From the IMG/VR virus record IMGVR_UViG_3300024999_000030, positions 248,001-312,000 of that record: DNA of 64,000 bases. One strand, given 5' to 3'. The notes beneath the pieces were generated by a model, which was given only the letters and a program-made list of their open reading frames with translations, made no database searches and was not told where the DNA came from. Positions 29,400-38,790 of the stretch are shown piece after piece. The stretch's first letter is position 1. Every line of letters starts with the position of its first letter. The translations under genes and the position numbers were made by a program.

Positions 29400-29621
29400 A
29401 TGGCTAAAGTGTATGTAAGAGATGGTGAGCCGATTGATAGAGCGTTAAAGCGTTTTACTAATGCAGTATCTAAAGATGGGATTCTTCGTGAGCTTAAGAT
29501 GAGGGAATATTTTCTCACTGCAACTCAAAAGAAGAGAATTAAAAAAGAAGAAGCTAGAAAACGTTTCATGAAAAATCTTAAAAAGAAGTTTTCTAAGGAA
29601 GACTCACTAAGTAAACGCTAA
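29400..29621 (+). CDS. rpsU: ribosomal protein bS21
   Basis: VYVRDGEPIDRALKRF...GILRELKMREYF...KKRIKKEEARKR. Confidence 0.9.
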   Translation: MAKVYVRDGEPIDRALKRFTNAVSKDGILRELKMREYFLTATQKKRIKKEEARKRFMKNLKKKFSKEDSLSKR

Positions 29622-29759
29622 TGGTTGATAATCATATTGACGAAGTCAAACTTAAATTTGCTAATATAAGACAGGCTATCAAAAACTTACCAATCGATGA
29701 AGAAGTTAAGGAACAGCTAAATAAAATTTTATTTTCTCAGCTAAGGACAATCATAGCAT

Positions 29760-30425
29760 ATGTCGGATCAACCGAAGAAAAGCAAACTAGATAAAAAATT
29801 AGTAGACGAAATAAAAAAAGAAACAGATATCCTCAAGCTTGTAGAAGACTTGGGGCTTAGTGTTATTAAGTCTGCGGGTGATCGATGGATTACCCATTGT
29901 TTATTTCATGACGAACGGACTCCCAGTATGACCCTATACAGGGAGTCAAATAGTTTTTATTGTTATGGGTGCACAGAAAGTGGTGATGTAATATCTTTAC
30001 TGCAAAAAGCAAAGAACCTCTCATTTATGAATGCTGTTAAATTTTTAGCCGAGAGAGGCGGCATAGATTTAGAATTCTCTAAAAAAGCCACGTTCAATTG
30101 GGACGGATACGGCGAATACTCTGAAGAGCCCGGTACCGCGCTCGACTACGAAGACATGTTTACTTTTGTTGCCATAGAAACTCGCAAGCTCATACAGCAA
30201 ATCAAACAGACTTTCACAGAAGAATCTGTGGAGTTTAGCGAGGCTATGTCTTCGATGGAGAGTATTTACCAGAAGTTTGACAACGCCGATATGATTGGTG
30301 TAAAGACGATGGCACTCTCTCAGCTTGAAGACTTAGCAAACGAGCTAAGGGAGATATTAAATGAAAGTGGGAGTAATCGGGGACATTCACCTCGGGGCAT
30401 CGTATCACTTCGGACACACTCTTAA
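29760..30425 (+). CDS. stand-alone DnaG-type CHC2 zinc-binding domain protein
   Basis: CLFHDERTPS...FYCYGC...GDVI...SFMNAVKFLA; no TOPRIM domain. Confidence 0.88.
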   Translation: MSDQPKKSKLDKKLVDEIKKETDILKLVEDLGLSVIKSAGDRWITHCLFHDERTPSMTLYRESNSFYCYGCTESGDVISLLQKAKNLSFMNAVKFLAERGGIDLEFSKKATFNWDGYGEYSEEPGTALDYEDMFTFVAIETRKLIQQIKQTFTEESVEFSEAMSSMESIYQKFDNADMIGVKTMALSQLEDLANELREILNESGSNRGHSPRGIVSLRTHS

Positions 30426-31542
30426 AGATGGACTTAATTCCAGATTAACGGATTTCCGAAAAACTTTGGCGTTTTGTATCGATAAGGCTGGTGAGTTTGA
30501 AGCGAAGATAGTGGTTCTTGCAGGTGACTTATTTAGAAATTCTAAACCAGGAACATTTGAACAAGATGCTTTGTGGGAAGAATTAAAACGTGGATACAAA
30601 GTGTATGGAATACAATATGTTATCGTGGCGGGTAATCATGATATGCCATCATATTGTCGTAAAACAATTAGCACCGTAGCTCACAACATCAATGATAATA
30701 GTTATATTACAGCTGTTGATACAATCCAATCAATTGATTTTATAGATGACTTTAGTATTGTTGCTATTCCATTTTATAACAAAGTAACTGAAAAAATGAG
30801 TAGTACAGAAGATGTATTAGCAAAAATAAAATCAGAGTTATCTATTTTAAAAACAAACAAGAAAACATTAGCAATATGGCATTGTATCTCAGAGGGAACT
30901 ATGTTGGGTGATTTTGTTGGTATGGAAGTTGATGCCCTCAATGAACCAGTAATTCCACTAACCCTTAGTAAACAATACGATATTTCTGTCTTTGGACATG
31001 TGCATAGACATAGTGTTATAGCGAAGGGAAAGAAGTTTGTAATTAATATTGGATCCATGGAAGTTAATGATTTTACTGATTCAGATCAAAATAAGTGGAT
31101 GATATTATTAGATACGACAGACATGAAACCACAGTTTGTTCAGCTTCCAGTAATTAAAGCAACCACTTTACATCTTACATCTTTTGCTTCTATTCTTCCA
31201 GATATGGAAGAAACAATTAAAAAAGAGGACGTAGAAAATAAAATAGTTAGAATTATAATAGAAACTAATGAAGACGCCCTTAGAACATATAGTGAACAGT
31301 TAGCTAAAGAACACATAGAGACACAATTAGGTGCATATAAATATATGGGGGCTACATTTAAAATAAAATCAGAAGATGAAAAAAATATCAATGTAGATGT
31401 TTCTTCGACCCTATCTGCTAGTGGCTCTATATTGTCTCACATAAGAACGTTCTTGGAGGGCCATGATAAAGAACTTATTGATGAGACTATTTCTTATGTT
31501 AAAGGCATCCTATCTCAAATTGAAACTCTAAACGAGGACTAA
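30361..31542 (+). CDS. SbcD/Mre11-like nuclease
   Basis: GDIHLG, AGDLF, GNHD, GHVH, GS phosphoesterase motifs; adjacent to SbcC. Confidence 0.92.
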   Translation: MKVGVIGDIHLGASYHFGHTLKDGLNSRLTDFRKTLAFCIDKAGEFEAKIVVLAGDLFRNSKPGTFEQDALWEELKRGYKVYGIQYVIVAGNHDMPSYCRKTISTVAHNINDNSYITAVDTIQSIDFIDDFSIVAIPFYNKVTEKMSSTEDVLAKIKSELSILKTNKKTLAIWHCISEGTMLGDFVGMEVDALNEPVIPLTLSKQYDISVFGHVHRHSVIAKGKKFVINIGSMEVNDFTDSDQNKWMILLDTTDMKPQFVQLPVIKATTLHLTSFASILPDMEETIKKEDVENKIVRIIIETNEDALRTYSEQLAKEHIETQLGAYKYMGATFKIKSEDEKNINVDVSSTLSASGSILSHIRTFLEGHDKELIDETISYVKGILSQIETLNED

Positions 31543-31543
31543 C

Positions 31544-33694
31544 ATGAGACTAATATATCTTGAAATGACAGACTTTATGGCCTATCACCAGCAAAAAATA
31601 ACATTCAATGAAAACGGATGCTATGTTATTTTAGGCAGGAATGTAGACCGATATGGAAAATCAAACGGCGTGGGTAAGAGTGCCATCTTTGTGGCTATCT
31701 ATGCCGCATTATATAATCAGATTCGTGGTAAAACTTTAGCTCAGGCTATTCACGCAGGTGCAAAGGGATATAAACTTGAGTTGGTATTACAATCTACAGA
31801 TGGAACATATTATCAGATTCTTAGAAGTCGTAGAAAGGATGGAACTTCTACAACATTTTTATTTTCGGATAAAACTGGGGAGTTCAAAGAAGACATAAGA
31901 ATAGACTTAACGTGCCACGATCAAGATGATACACAAGAAAGAATAAATTCTTTATTAAAAATGAATGCAAAGTCTTTTAGTCATTCAGTATATTTTAAAG
32001 AGGATATGGCCTCAGCTTTTGCAAGGGCTAAAAAGGGAGAAAGATTTGAACTAATAAAAAATTCATTACAGATCGATCAATATGATAAGATAGTTAAAAT
32101 AGCTAAGGTTGAATTAGATAAAATCAATATCAGCGTGTCAGAAATATCAAGTTATGTTGTTGCTGCTGAATCTGGTTTAGCTGATATAGATAATAAACTC
32201 ATTCAACAAAACATCCACAAAAACGATTTAGATACATATTATGCTAGCCTTTCAGAAATAGATTCTAAGTTAGCTGAAATTGCTGCTATAAAAATTGGAG
32301 TATCTGATTTAGAACAAATGAGGGTGACATGTACTAATAAAGTAAAAGCAGCTCAAACAAATTTAGAATCCTCAAATAATAGATTCAATGATTTAAATAG
32401 AAAAATTAATGAAGCCAATATTAAATTAGAAGAATATAGAGGGGACCTTGCTAAACTTAGAATACATTATAAGACATTGTTTGATAATAAGAAAACTATT
32501 TCAATTCTTCCAGATGAAGAAGTTTCTAAATTAAATGAAGCAATTGCAGTATGTAAGGCTGATATCAAACAGAATCAGGGGACAATAGAATCTTCCAATG
32601 AAATGATTATAGCTTTAGGAAAAACCAAAGGAACCTGTTGCCCTACATGTACAAGTACATTAGATAATAAAAAAAGAAATATACTGATTGATATTGCTAA
32701 TAAAAATATAGAATCAGCTCATATGTCAAATGCAGTTTCAAATAAGAAAATGAATGACTATAACATATTAATTCACGGCAACAATATAAATCTTGGTAAA
32801 CTTAATGATACTATTAAACAACTTGATCAACTCACTGCAAAAGGTAATTCCATTAAAGAAGCCGGAGAGGGATTAAAGAGTATTATATCTTCCCTTCAAC
32901 CAGAATTAAATGTGGCAGCAAAGCATGTTCAAGATTATACAGAACAACTTACAAATGCTACAATTGAGTCGACGGGTGTTGAACAACAAATATCTTTAAA
33001 ATATGACGATAAGATAGAATCACTTTTAAGTACACAGAAGCAGGAACTACTATCTCACATAGCCACTAGCAATCAAAAGATGGGTATTCTTGTGGAGTCT
33101 ATTAGGGGTATTAGGGAATCCACTAAAGACATTGGTGCCAAGCAAGAAGCTTTATCAGCATTAAACACAAAGAAAATTGTTGTGGAAAATGTAATCGATA
33201 GTTGTTCTAAGAAAGGAGGTATACCATCCATACTAATTGGTCAAGCATTAAAAGAAATTGAAAAATATGCGAATCAAGCTTTATCAAGTTTTGATGATTA
33301 TGATACTTTATCTATTAAGTTTATAACATCTAAACCAGATGAAATAGACATTATGGTTAGAAAGGACCCAGAGTCTGACTTCAGAGAGTTTGATACATTT
33401 TCTGGAGCCGAAAGGTTTATTGTTTCATTTGCGATAAGAATGGCTATGTCTGAAATTCTATCACATAAATATGGCTCAGACCTTAAATTTATTTTATTAG
33501 ATGAGGCAGGAACAGCTTTAGATGAATACAACATGGGTTTGTTTGCTAATATGCTTAAGAGAATGTCTACAGATAAGTTAGTGTTATGTATCACACACCA
33601 AAGAGAGCTTAAAGATCATATTCCACAAACGATTTTAGTTAAAAGAAGTGGGGGTAAATCAGAGATAGTGGTCAACAATAAGGAGGAAGTTTAA
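31544..33694 (+). CDS. SbcC/Rad50-like ATPase
   Basis: SNGVGKS, coiled coil with CPTC zinc hook, FSGAE signature, ILLDE, ITH. Confidence 0.93.
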   Translation: MRLIYLEMTDFMAYHQQKITFNENGCYVILGRNVDRYGKSNGVGKSAIFVAIYAALYNQIRGKTLAQAIHAGAKGYKLELVLQSTDGTYYQILRSRRKDGTSTTFLFSDKTGEFKEDIRIDLTCHDQDDTQERINSLLKMNAKSFSHSVYFKEDMASAFARAKKGERFELIKNSLQIDQYDKIVKIAKVELDKINISVSEISSYVVAAESGLADIDNKLIQQNIHKNDLDTYYASLSEIDSKLAEIAAIKIGVSDLEQMRVTCTNKVKAAQTNLESSNNRFNDLNRKINEANIKLEEYRGDLAKLRIHYKTLFDNKKTISILPDEEVSKLNEAIAVCKADIKQNQGTIESSNEMIIALGKTKGTCCPTCTSTLDNKKRNILIDIANKNIESAHMSNAVSNKKMNDYNILIHGNNINLGKLNDTIKQLDQLTAKGNSIKEAGEGLKSIISSLQPELNVAAKHVQDYTEQLTNATIESTGVEQQISLKYDDKIESLLSTQKQELLSHIATSNQKMGILVESIRGIRESTKDIGAKQEALSALNTKKIVVENVIDSCSKKGGIPSILIGQALKEIEKYANQALSSFDDYDTLSIKFITSKPDEIDIMVRKDPESDFREFDTFSGAERFIVSFAIRMAMSEILSHKYGSDLKFILLDEAGTALDEYNMGLFANMLKRMSTDKLVLCITHQRELKDHIPQTILVKRSGGKSEIVVNNKEEV

Positions 33695-33698
33695 TTGA

Positions 33699-33727
33699 CT
33701 ATTAATAAAGTTTCCTCCATATGGCGT
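33699..33727 (+). promoter_or_regulatory. candidate late/phage-sigma promoter motif CTATTAATAA-N13-TGGCGT
   Basis: Same boxes and spacing recur at 53623. Confidence 0.5.
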
Positions 33728-33750
33728 ATCACTATGCCTGAGGAGATACT

Positions 33751-34359
33751 ATGACAATCTATATTTCTAGAATCCCTCTTACTGATGAAGAGATAGAAGA
33801 GAGAAGGACAGAAGAGGCCGCGTTAGCGGGGGTAAGAAGCCAGCACTGTGCTTGTGCTTCTCCTAAACCAGATGCCTGTGATGTAGCTTATGACGCCTGT
33901 GGAACCCCATTGTATACGATTACCGCTACCGAAAGAGATCCATATTACATAGATGATTTAGCTAAAGCAGTTCAAAATGGAAATGGCAGAAATACAATCA
34001 GAGTTACTGTAGATGGAAACATTCCCATTATTAGAAATGTGGGGCACAAAGGATTTGTTTATCCAGGATATGACGGCATTCCAGATAGTGTTAGGAGTGA
34101 TCACGCATTTAGATATTTAGCAGACGAGCCTGTAAACGTAGTGTCCACAATACCACAATACGACGGACTTAAGAGAGTGGTTGGGGTGATAGAAAGATCA
34201 CAAGAATTTGCTAGGTGGTTTATTATTGAATCAGAAATTCAAAGCACACCACCTCCAGCTAGATTAACACCCGCGTATTTCCCAAGAGGGAGAGGAGCAG
34301 CACCGTGGTGGAAGACCCAGTATCCTAACGGGTCACCGTCATCGGGCACAACAACATGA
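33751..34359 (+). CDS. hypothetical protein
   Basis: SD GAGGAG; Cys cluster; 202 aa. Confidence 0.75.
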   Translation: MTIYISRIPLTDEEIEERRTEEAALAGVRSQHCACASPKPDACDVAYDACGTPLYTITATERDPYYIDDLAKAVQNGNGRNTIRVTVDGNIPIIRNVGHKGFVYPGYDGIPDSVRSDHAFRYLADEPVNVVSTIPQYDGLKRVVGVIERSQEFARWFIIESEIQSTPPPARLTPAYFPRGRGAAPWWKTQYPNGSPSSGTTT

Positions 34360-35171
34360 TTGATAAAATTAAGAAAGAAAGATTATCATACTCAAAGATA
34401 GATTGTTATAAACAATGTCCTTTTAAATATAAAAAGATACACATTGATAAGGATGTACCATTTAAAGAATCTATTGCCGTTAGATATGGACAATTTTTAC
34501 ATGGTATTCTTGAGGACTTAGGTAAGGCAATCAAGGACAATGATAATGAGTTTCCAGATAATGTAAATGATATAGTATCTAAGTCTTGGAAAAAATATAA
34601 GTCGGCACAGAAGATTTTTGATGGTGCATTAATTAAAGAGGCTGTAGATATCATACATAACGTTGGTAAAAAATTTAGAGCTACGCCTGATGAAAAAATA
34701 GTTGAAGTCGAAAAATCATTCAAAATGGATTTGGATGATAAATATTATATCCAGGGTAAAATTGATCAGGTTCTTAAAGTGGGAGATAGGTATTTAATTA
34801 GGGATTATAAAACAAATGCAGATACTAAATACTTATTAGCTGATCAATTACAACTTAAAATATATGCTATGGCATATAGTAGATTAAATAATATCCCGGC
34901 AGATAAGATTGATTGCAGTTATCTTATGTTAAGAATTGATTGCCAGGAACCTAAATCTAGTTTTGAACAAAAAGATATCGATGAAACAGAAATTTATTTA
35001 AAAACAATTATTAGGGAAATGGAAGTATCTAGATCCACAGGGACATATAAATGTGTAACTGGGGGTTTATGTCCATGGTGTCCTGTATTTGAAAACTGTC
35101 CTACAGCTAGTAAAAATCCTAGGTTCTTAACTAAGCGAGCTGAATTAAGGAGCCTTGGTAAGGTAGATTAA
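34356..35171 (+). CDS. RecB/Cas4-like PD-(D/E)xK exonuclease with Fe-S cysteines
   Basis: LSYS...CP, G-x2-LH, VE, GKID, IRDYKT, QL-x2-Y, CPWC-x5-C. Confidence 0.88.
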   Translation: MIDKIKKERLSYSKIDCYKQCPFKYKKIHIDKDVPFKESIAVRYGQFLHGILEDLGKAIKDNDNEFPDNVNDIVSKSWKKYKSAQKIFDGALIKEAVDIIHNVGKKFRATPDEKIVEVEKSFKMDLDDKYYIQGKIDQVLKVGDRYLIRDYKTNADTKYLLADQLQLKIYAMAYSRLNNIPADKIDCSYLMLRIDCQEPKSSFEQKDIDETEIYLKTIIREMEVSRSTGTYKCVTGGLCPWCPVFENCPTASKNPRFLTKRAELRSLGKVD

Positions 35172-38101
35172 TGAGACTCTACAAGTATTCCGATGATAAC
35201 AAAAATGTTAATGAAGAAACTAAAGATGGTCTAGAAGAATCAAAACCTCAATCTTCATCAACAATCCCAGAGATAGAGCCTGGGGAAAATGATGAAATGA
35301 TTGGGATACTTGTAGAGAGTTTTGCCGATACTCTTATATCTTCTTTATGGTCAGATGATTTTCCAATTCCACTATCGGAATTGACGCATCACATAGGACA
35401 ATTAGGAGAAAATAATTTTATAAGGTCCATGGAAAATATTAGGACCTTTTTAAGTAAAATTGGGGCTTTTAAATATGAGGTGCCAATCAACAACAAGGAA
35501 GATGCCCTCCAATATATACAATCGTTTTCCCCTCAGATTAAAGATTTAGGTAAGTCACATGCGATGGCACTGTTACAATTACTTGGTATTAGCGGAAGTA
35601 GACCAGAGGAAATCTCATTAGAAACCCCTATTGGTAGCCCATCAGCTAAAGGCGAAGAAGGTCGTCCAACTCTAGGTGGGACACTTACAGATAAAAATAC
35701 ACCTCTTAGTGAGTTATTAGATAAAGAAACCTATGTAGATAATTTATCTAGGATAAAAGATGTTTATGAAGAAATAGAAAATTTAGATCAGTTGTCACCA
35801 GAGGAAGCAGATACAAAACGCGGTCAATTACTTACACAATTAAAATCAATTGAAAAATCTTTTTCAGCTTTTGATGTGCCAGAACAAGTAGAAAAAAAAG
35901 TAGAACAGCTGTCTATTAAATTACAATCGTCAAACGCTTTTCAAAGTAGAGTAGAAGAACTTAAGGATAAATATGGTTTAGTGGATATGAAAGATCCTAA
36001 AATTTTAGCGTATGCTGCTCAGTTAGATAGGATGCCACCGATTAAACCAGGTGAGTTTAAAGAGGGGTTTCCAGTTGTTGACTTGTCTACTATTCCAGAT
36101 ATAGCTAAGACTGGCGCCAGCGACATAGCAAAGTTTTTATTGATAGCTAGATTATCAGAGTCTAAAGTCTTCTTAACGAGAAATCAAAATTCTGGTAGTC
36201 CGGTTGGTGGAGGAATGGCCACAAAGTGGCCCACTACTATATCTGGAACAGATACATTTATGGACCATAGATTTTCATCTAAGAAAGCATTCGTGAATTA
36301 TTCTGGAAATATTAGCTCATTAAGTTCAGAAGAGTTTAGTAAAATATTAGATAAATATTTAGGGGGGGCAGAGAAAGCCGGTTCGGGTAGACAAACTTCT
36401 TATACATGGCCCATGGTGTTTAGTCAGGCCTTAGGGTCCTTTATAGGTATGCCCGAAGAAGCTATGTTAAACCTTGGTGCAGAATTAGCAGACGCAATAG
36501 AGACTGAAGATAAATCTCAAATTAAAGCTGTGTTATCAAAATATAAATATAATTCATATGGAGTATTAACAGATACTTCTCATGACTCTTTATCTAAAAA
36601 TAATTATACTTTTAGTTCTATTTGTACTCCAACTCAAATGGTAAAGTCTTTAGCGGAAGCTAAGGGAACTAATGCTGAAACAATCCATGAAGAAATGAAA
36701 GGTCTTTTACCGAATAGTAAAACGCTTCAGGGGGCTATAGGACAACCAGTATTTGATAATAGAATGCCAATCATTCCAATGCCCCCAGAGGCACTAGTGG
36801 CCATTGCTTTCTATGTTGTGAGGTTATTTATAGCCACATGTAGAGCTAATGTAATATCAACAATAGAAGAATATAATTCTAATGAAAAAGTTCAATCAGA
36901 TATAGAATCTGTTATTAATAATTTAATGGATAATTTAAATTCATCTTTAGATTCATCTGGCGATTTTCGTTTATCTGGTGTGACTAAAGCATTTACGAGA
37001 CCTATTATACAAACCACTAAGCTTCAAAATTTTGGGGTATCGGTGGATAAACTTAAATCATTAGCAATGGAAGGTATTAAATTATCATTGCAAAGTGGAG
37101 CATTATTATCTTCATCGGAAGCCTCATTCGATTTTAAAAAACAGTCGTCATTTAATAGAGAGGCAATTTATAATATTGCCACTACTTTATCTAAAGCCAC
37201 ATTAGATAGTATCCAAGTTGGGGATAAAACCATCCCGACCAATATGACTAGTGTAACTTCTGGAACTCGTCTTACGGATTTTAGTTCCAGAAGATTATTA
37301 GATGTAGAAAAAGCCGAACAGCATGGTAGATATTCATTATCTCAGCCCGAGCAAATTAAAGCAAGCACATCTGAAACTGTTCGTAGATCTATGGGTAGAA
37401 TGTCAAGTCTTGTTGATAATTGTAATCTAGTATCTATCATTGGAGTGGAACAAAGCGAAGATGCCACTGTATTTGCCATTCGGTCTAACTCTAGTCCCGT
37501 AATACAAAATGGCGGTAAGGGAGCAAAGATTACTATCTATACAAATACGGATGGAAAAAGAGAAGAGGTATTATCTTCCACAACTGATAGAATTTCAGTT
37601 AAACCATCAATTGGGGACGATAGTGGTAGGCTGGCATACAAGTTGTTTATATCACCAGCAGTTGATTTTTCTATGGAAGACTTTGATTATGAGCTTAGTA
37701 TAGGTCAAGAAATTATGTATCAAGCTAGATTAGCCACTGAGAAAAACACTCTTGATGTTTGGATTAGAGAAGTTAACAAAGAATTATTTAAGTTTAATGA
37801 AATGAAGTCTGAAATGATTCAAGCTATTTCTTCTAATAATTTATCAAGGGCTATGGAAGTTATGAGAATTAATGAGCTATCTTTAAGGGTGGACCTAAAT
37901 AGATTTAAAACACTTAATTCAGATTACAAATCTATTGTAGATTCTGTAATGAATAAAATTAAAGATAAAGAAGACGTAGATGCATATTCTATTTTTATAA
38001 AAGATTATGTATTTAAATGTATAGTGGCTATTAATCAAATCAGAACTCAAATTGTTGATTTTAAAAAACAAGCAGCTATTATTCTTGGGGTGGGTAAATG
38101 A
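35171..38101 (+). CDS. large hypothetical protein (976 aa) with a sigma-finger-like segment
   Basis: Long ORF; contains ISLETPIG...TLGGTLTD. Confidence 0.8.
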   Translation: MRLYKYSDDNKNVNEETKDGLEESKPQSSSTIPEIEPGENDEMIGILVESFADTLISSLWSDDFPIPLSELTHHIGQLGENNFIRSMENIRTFLSKIGAFKYEVPINNKEDALQYIQSFSPQIKDLGKSHAMALLQLLGISGSRPEEISLETPIGSPSAKGEEGRPTLGGTLTDKNTPLSELLDKETYVDNLSRIKDVYEEIENLDQLSPEEADTKRGQLLTQLKSIEKSFSAFDVPEQVEKKVEQLSIKLQSSNAFQSRVEELKDKYGLVDMKDPKILAYAAQLDRMPPIKPGEFKEGFPVVDLSTIPDIAKTGASDIAKFLLIARLSESKVFLTRNQNSGSPVGGGMATKWPTTISGTDTFMDHRFSSKKAFVNYSGNISSLSSEEFSKILDKYLGGAEKAGSGRQTSYTWPMVFSQALGSFIGMPEEAMLNLGAELADAIETEDKSQIKAVLSKYKYNSYGVLTDTSHDSLSKNNYTFSSICTPTQMVKSLAEAKGTNAETIHEEMKGLLPNSKTLQGAIGQPVFDNRMPIIPMPPEALVAIAFYVVRLFIATCRANVISTIEEYNSNEKVQSDIESVINNLMDNLNSSLDSSGDFRLSGVTKAFTRPIIQTTKLQNFGVSVDKLKSLAMEGIKLSLQSGALLSSSEASFDFKKQSSFNREAIYNIATTLSKATLDSIQVGDKTIPTNMTSVTSGTRLTDFSSRRLLDVEKAEQHGRYSLSQPEQIKASTSETVRRSMGRMSSLVDNCNLVSIIGVEQSEDATVFAIRSNSSPVIQNGGKGAKITIYTNTDGKREEVLSSTTDRISVKPSIGDDSGRLAYKLFISPAVDFSMEDFDYELSIGQEIMYQARLATEKNTLDVWIREVNKELFKFNEMKSEMIQAISSNNLSRAMEVMRINELSLRVDLNRFKTLNSDYKSIVDSVMNKIKDKEDVDAYSIFIKDYVFKCIVAINQIRTQIVDFKKQAAIILGVGK

Positions 38102-38790
38102 AAGAGTTTGCATATGTAGTTTCCAGACTCAAAACAGCCGCTCAACAAACCGGTGAAACTTGCTATATAGTTGGTGGAGCCGTGAGAGATATAATATCTC
38201 TTAAGAAGATTAAGGATGTTGATACGGTGGTGGCAATAAATCCTGAAAAATTTGCCTCAGCATTAGCCTCTACAACGGAGGGAGCAACCGCAGAAGAGGT
38301 TCATGCTCCATTTCCATTGTGGTCAGTGGATATTAGCGACGTGTCTGTAGATGTAGTTGGGTTAAGAGGAAAGAGTCTTCAAGAAGATATTCAACATAGA
38401 AATTTTACTATCAATACAATATACTATGACGTAGTAAGAGATAGGTTTGAAGATCCAACTGGAAAAGGGTTTACTGATCTTTATAATGGAGTAATTAATA
38501 CTGTTACTCCAGATTCTTTTGTTTTTTTTAGTTCTAGTCCACATGAAATTAATAGCATATTTATAGCAATAAGATTAGTAGCGGATTCCGGATTTAAATT
38601 AAGTGAACAATTAAAAAGCGGAATTAGGAAAGCCTTAGAGCATGGCCTCATTCCCGCTGAGTTATCTAAGAGATCTAAAAAGGAAATACTAAGAACTAGG
38701 CTTTCACATAATTTTAAGACCAAAGCTCTCCCCATAATTGAAGAGCTTGGTTTGGAGCATTTTTATGAAGCTGCCGCTGTTTCTCCATAA
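38098..38790 (+). CDS. divergent tRNA nucleotidyltransferase/poly(A) polymerase-family protein
   Basis: YIVGGAVRD, KDVD, EDIQHRNFTIN, DPTGKG-x2-DL. The flexible loop is deleted and the EDxxR motif is absent. Confidence 0.85.
   Translation: MKEFAYVVSRLKTAAQQTGETCYIVGGAVRDIISLKKIKDVDTVVAINPEKFASALASTTEGATAEEVHAPFPLWSVDISDVSVDVVGLRGKSLQEDIQHRNFTINTIYYDVVRDRFEDPTGKGFTDLYNGVINTVTPDSFVFFSSSPHEINSIFIAIRLVADSGFKLSEQLKSGIRKALEHGLIPAELSKRSKKEILRTRLSHNFKTKALPIIEELGLEHFYEAAAVSP

Noticed and set aside
33695-33723. Seventh TTGACT-N17-TATATT promoter
   Set aside because: TTGACT is present but the -10 position reads CATATG; the site fits the CTATTAATAA motif better.
34356-35171. Cas4 as evidence of a CRISPR-Cas system
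   Set aside because: Stand-alone RecB/Cas4-like nucleases are common in phages; no other cas genes or array in the window.
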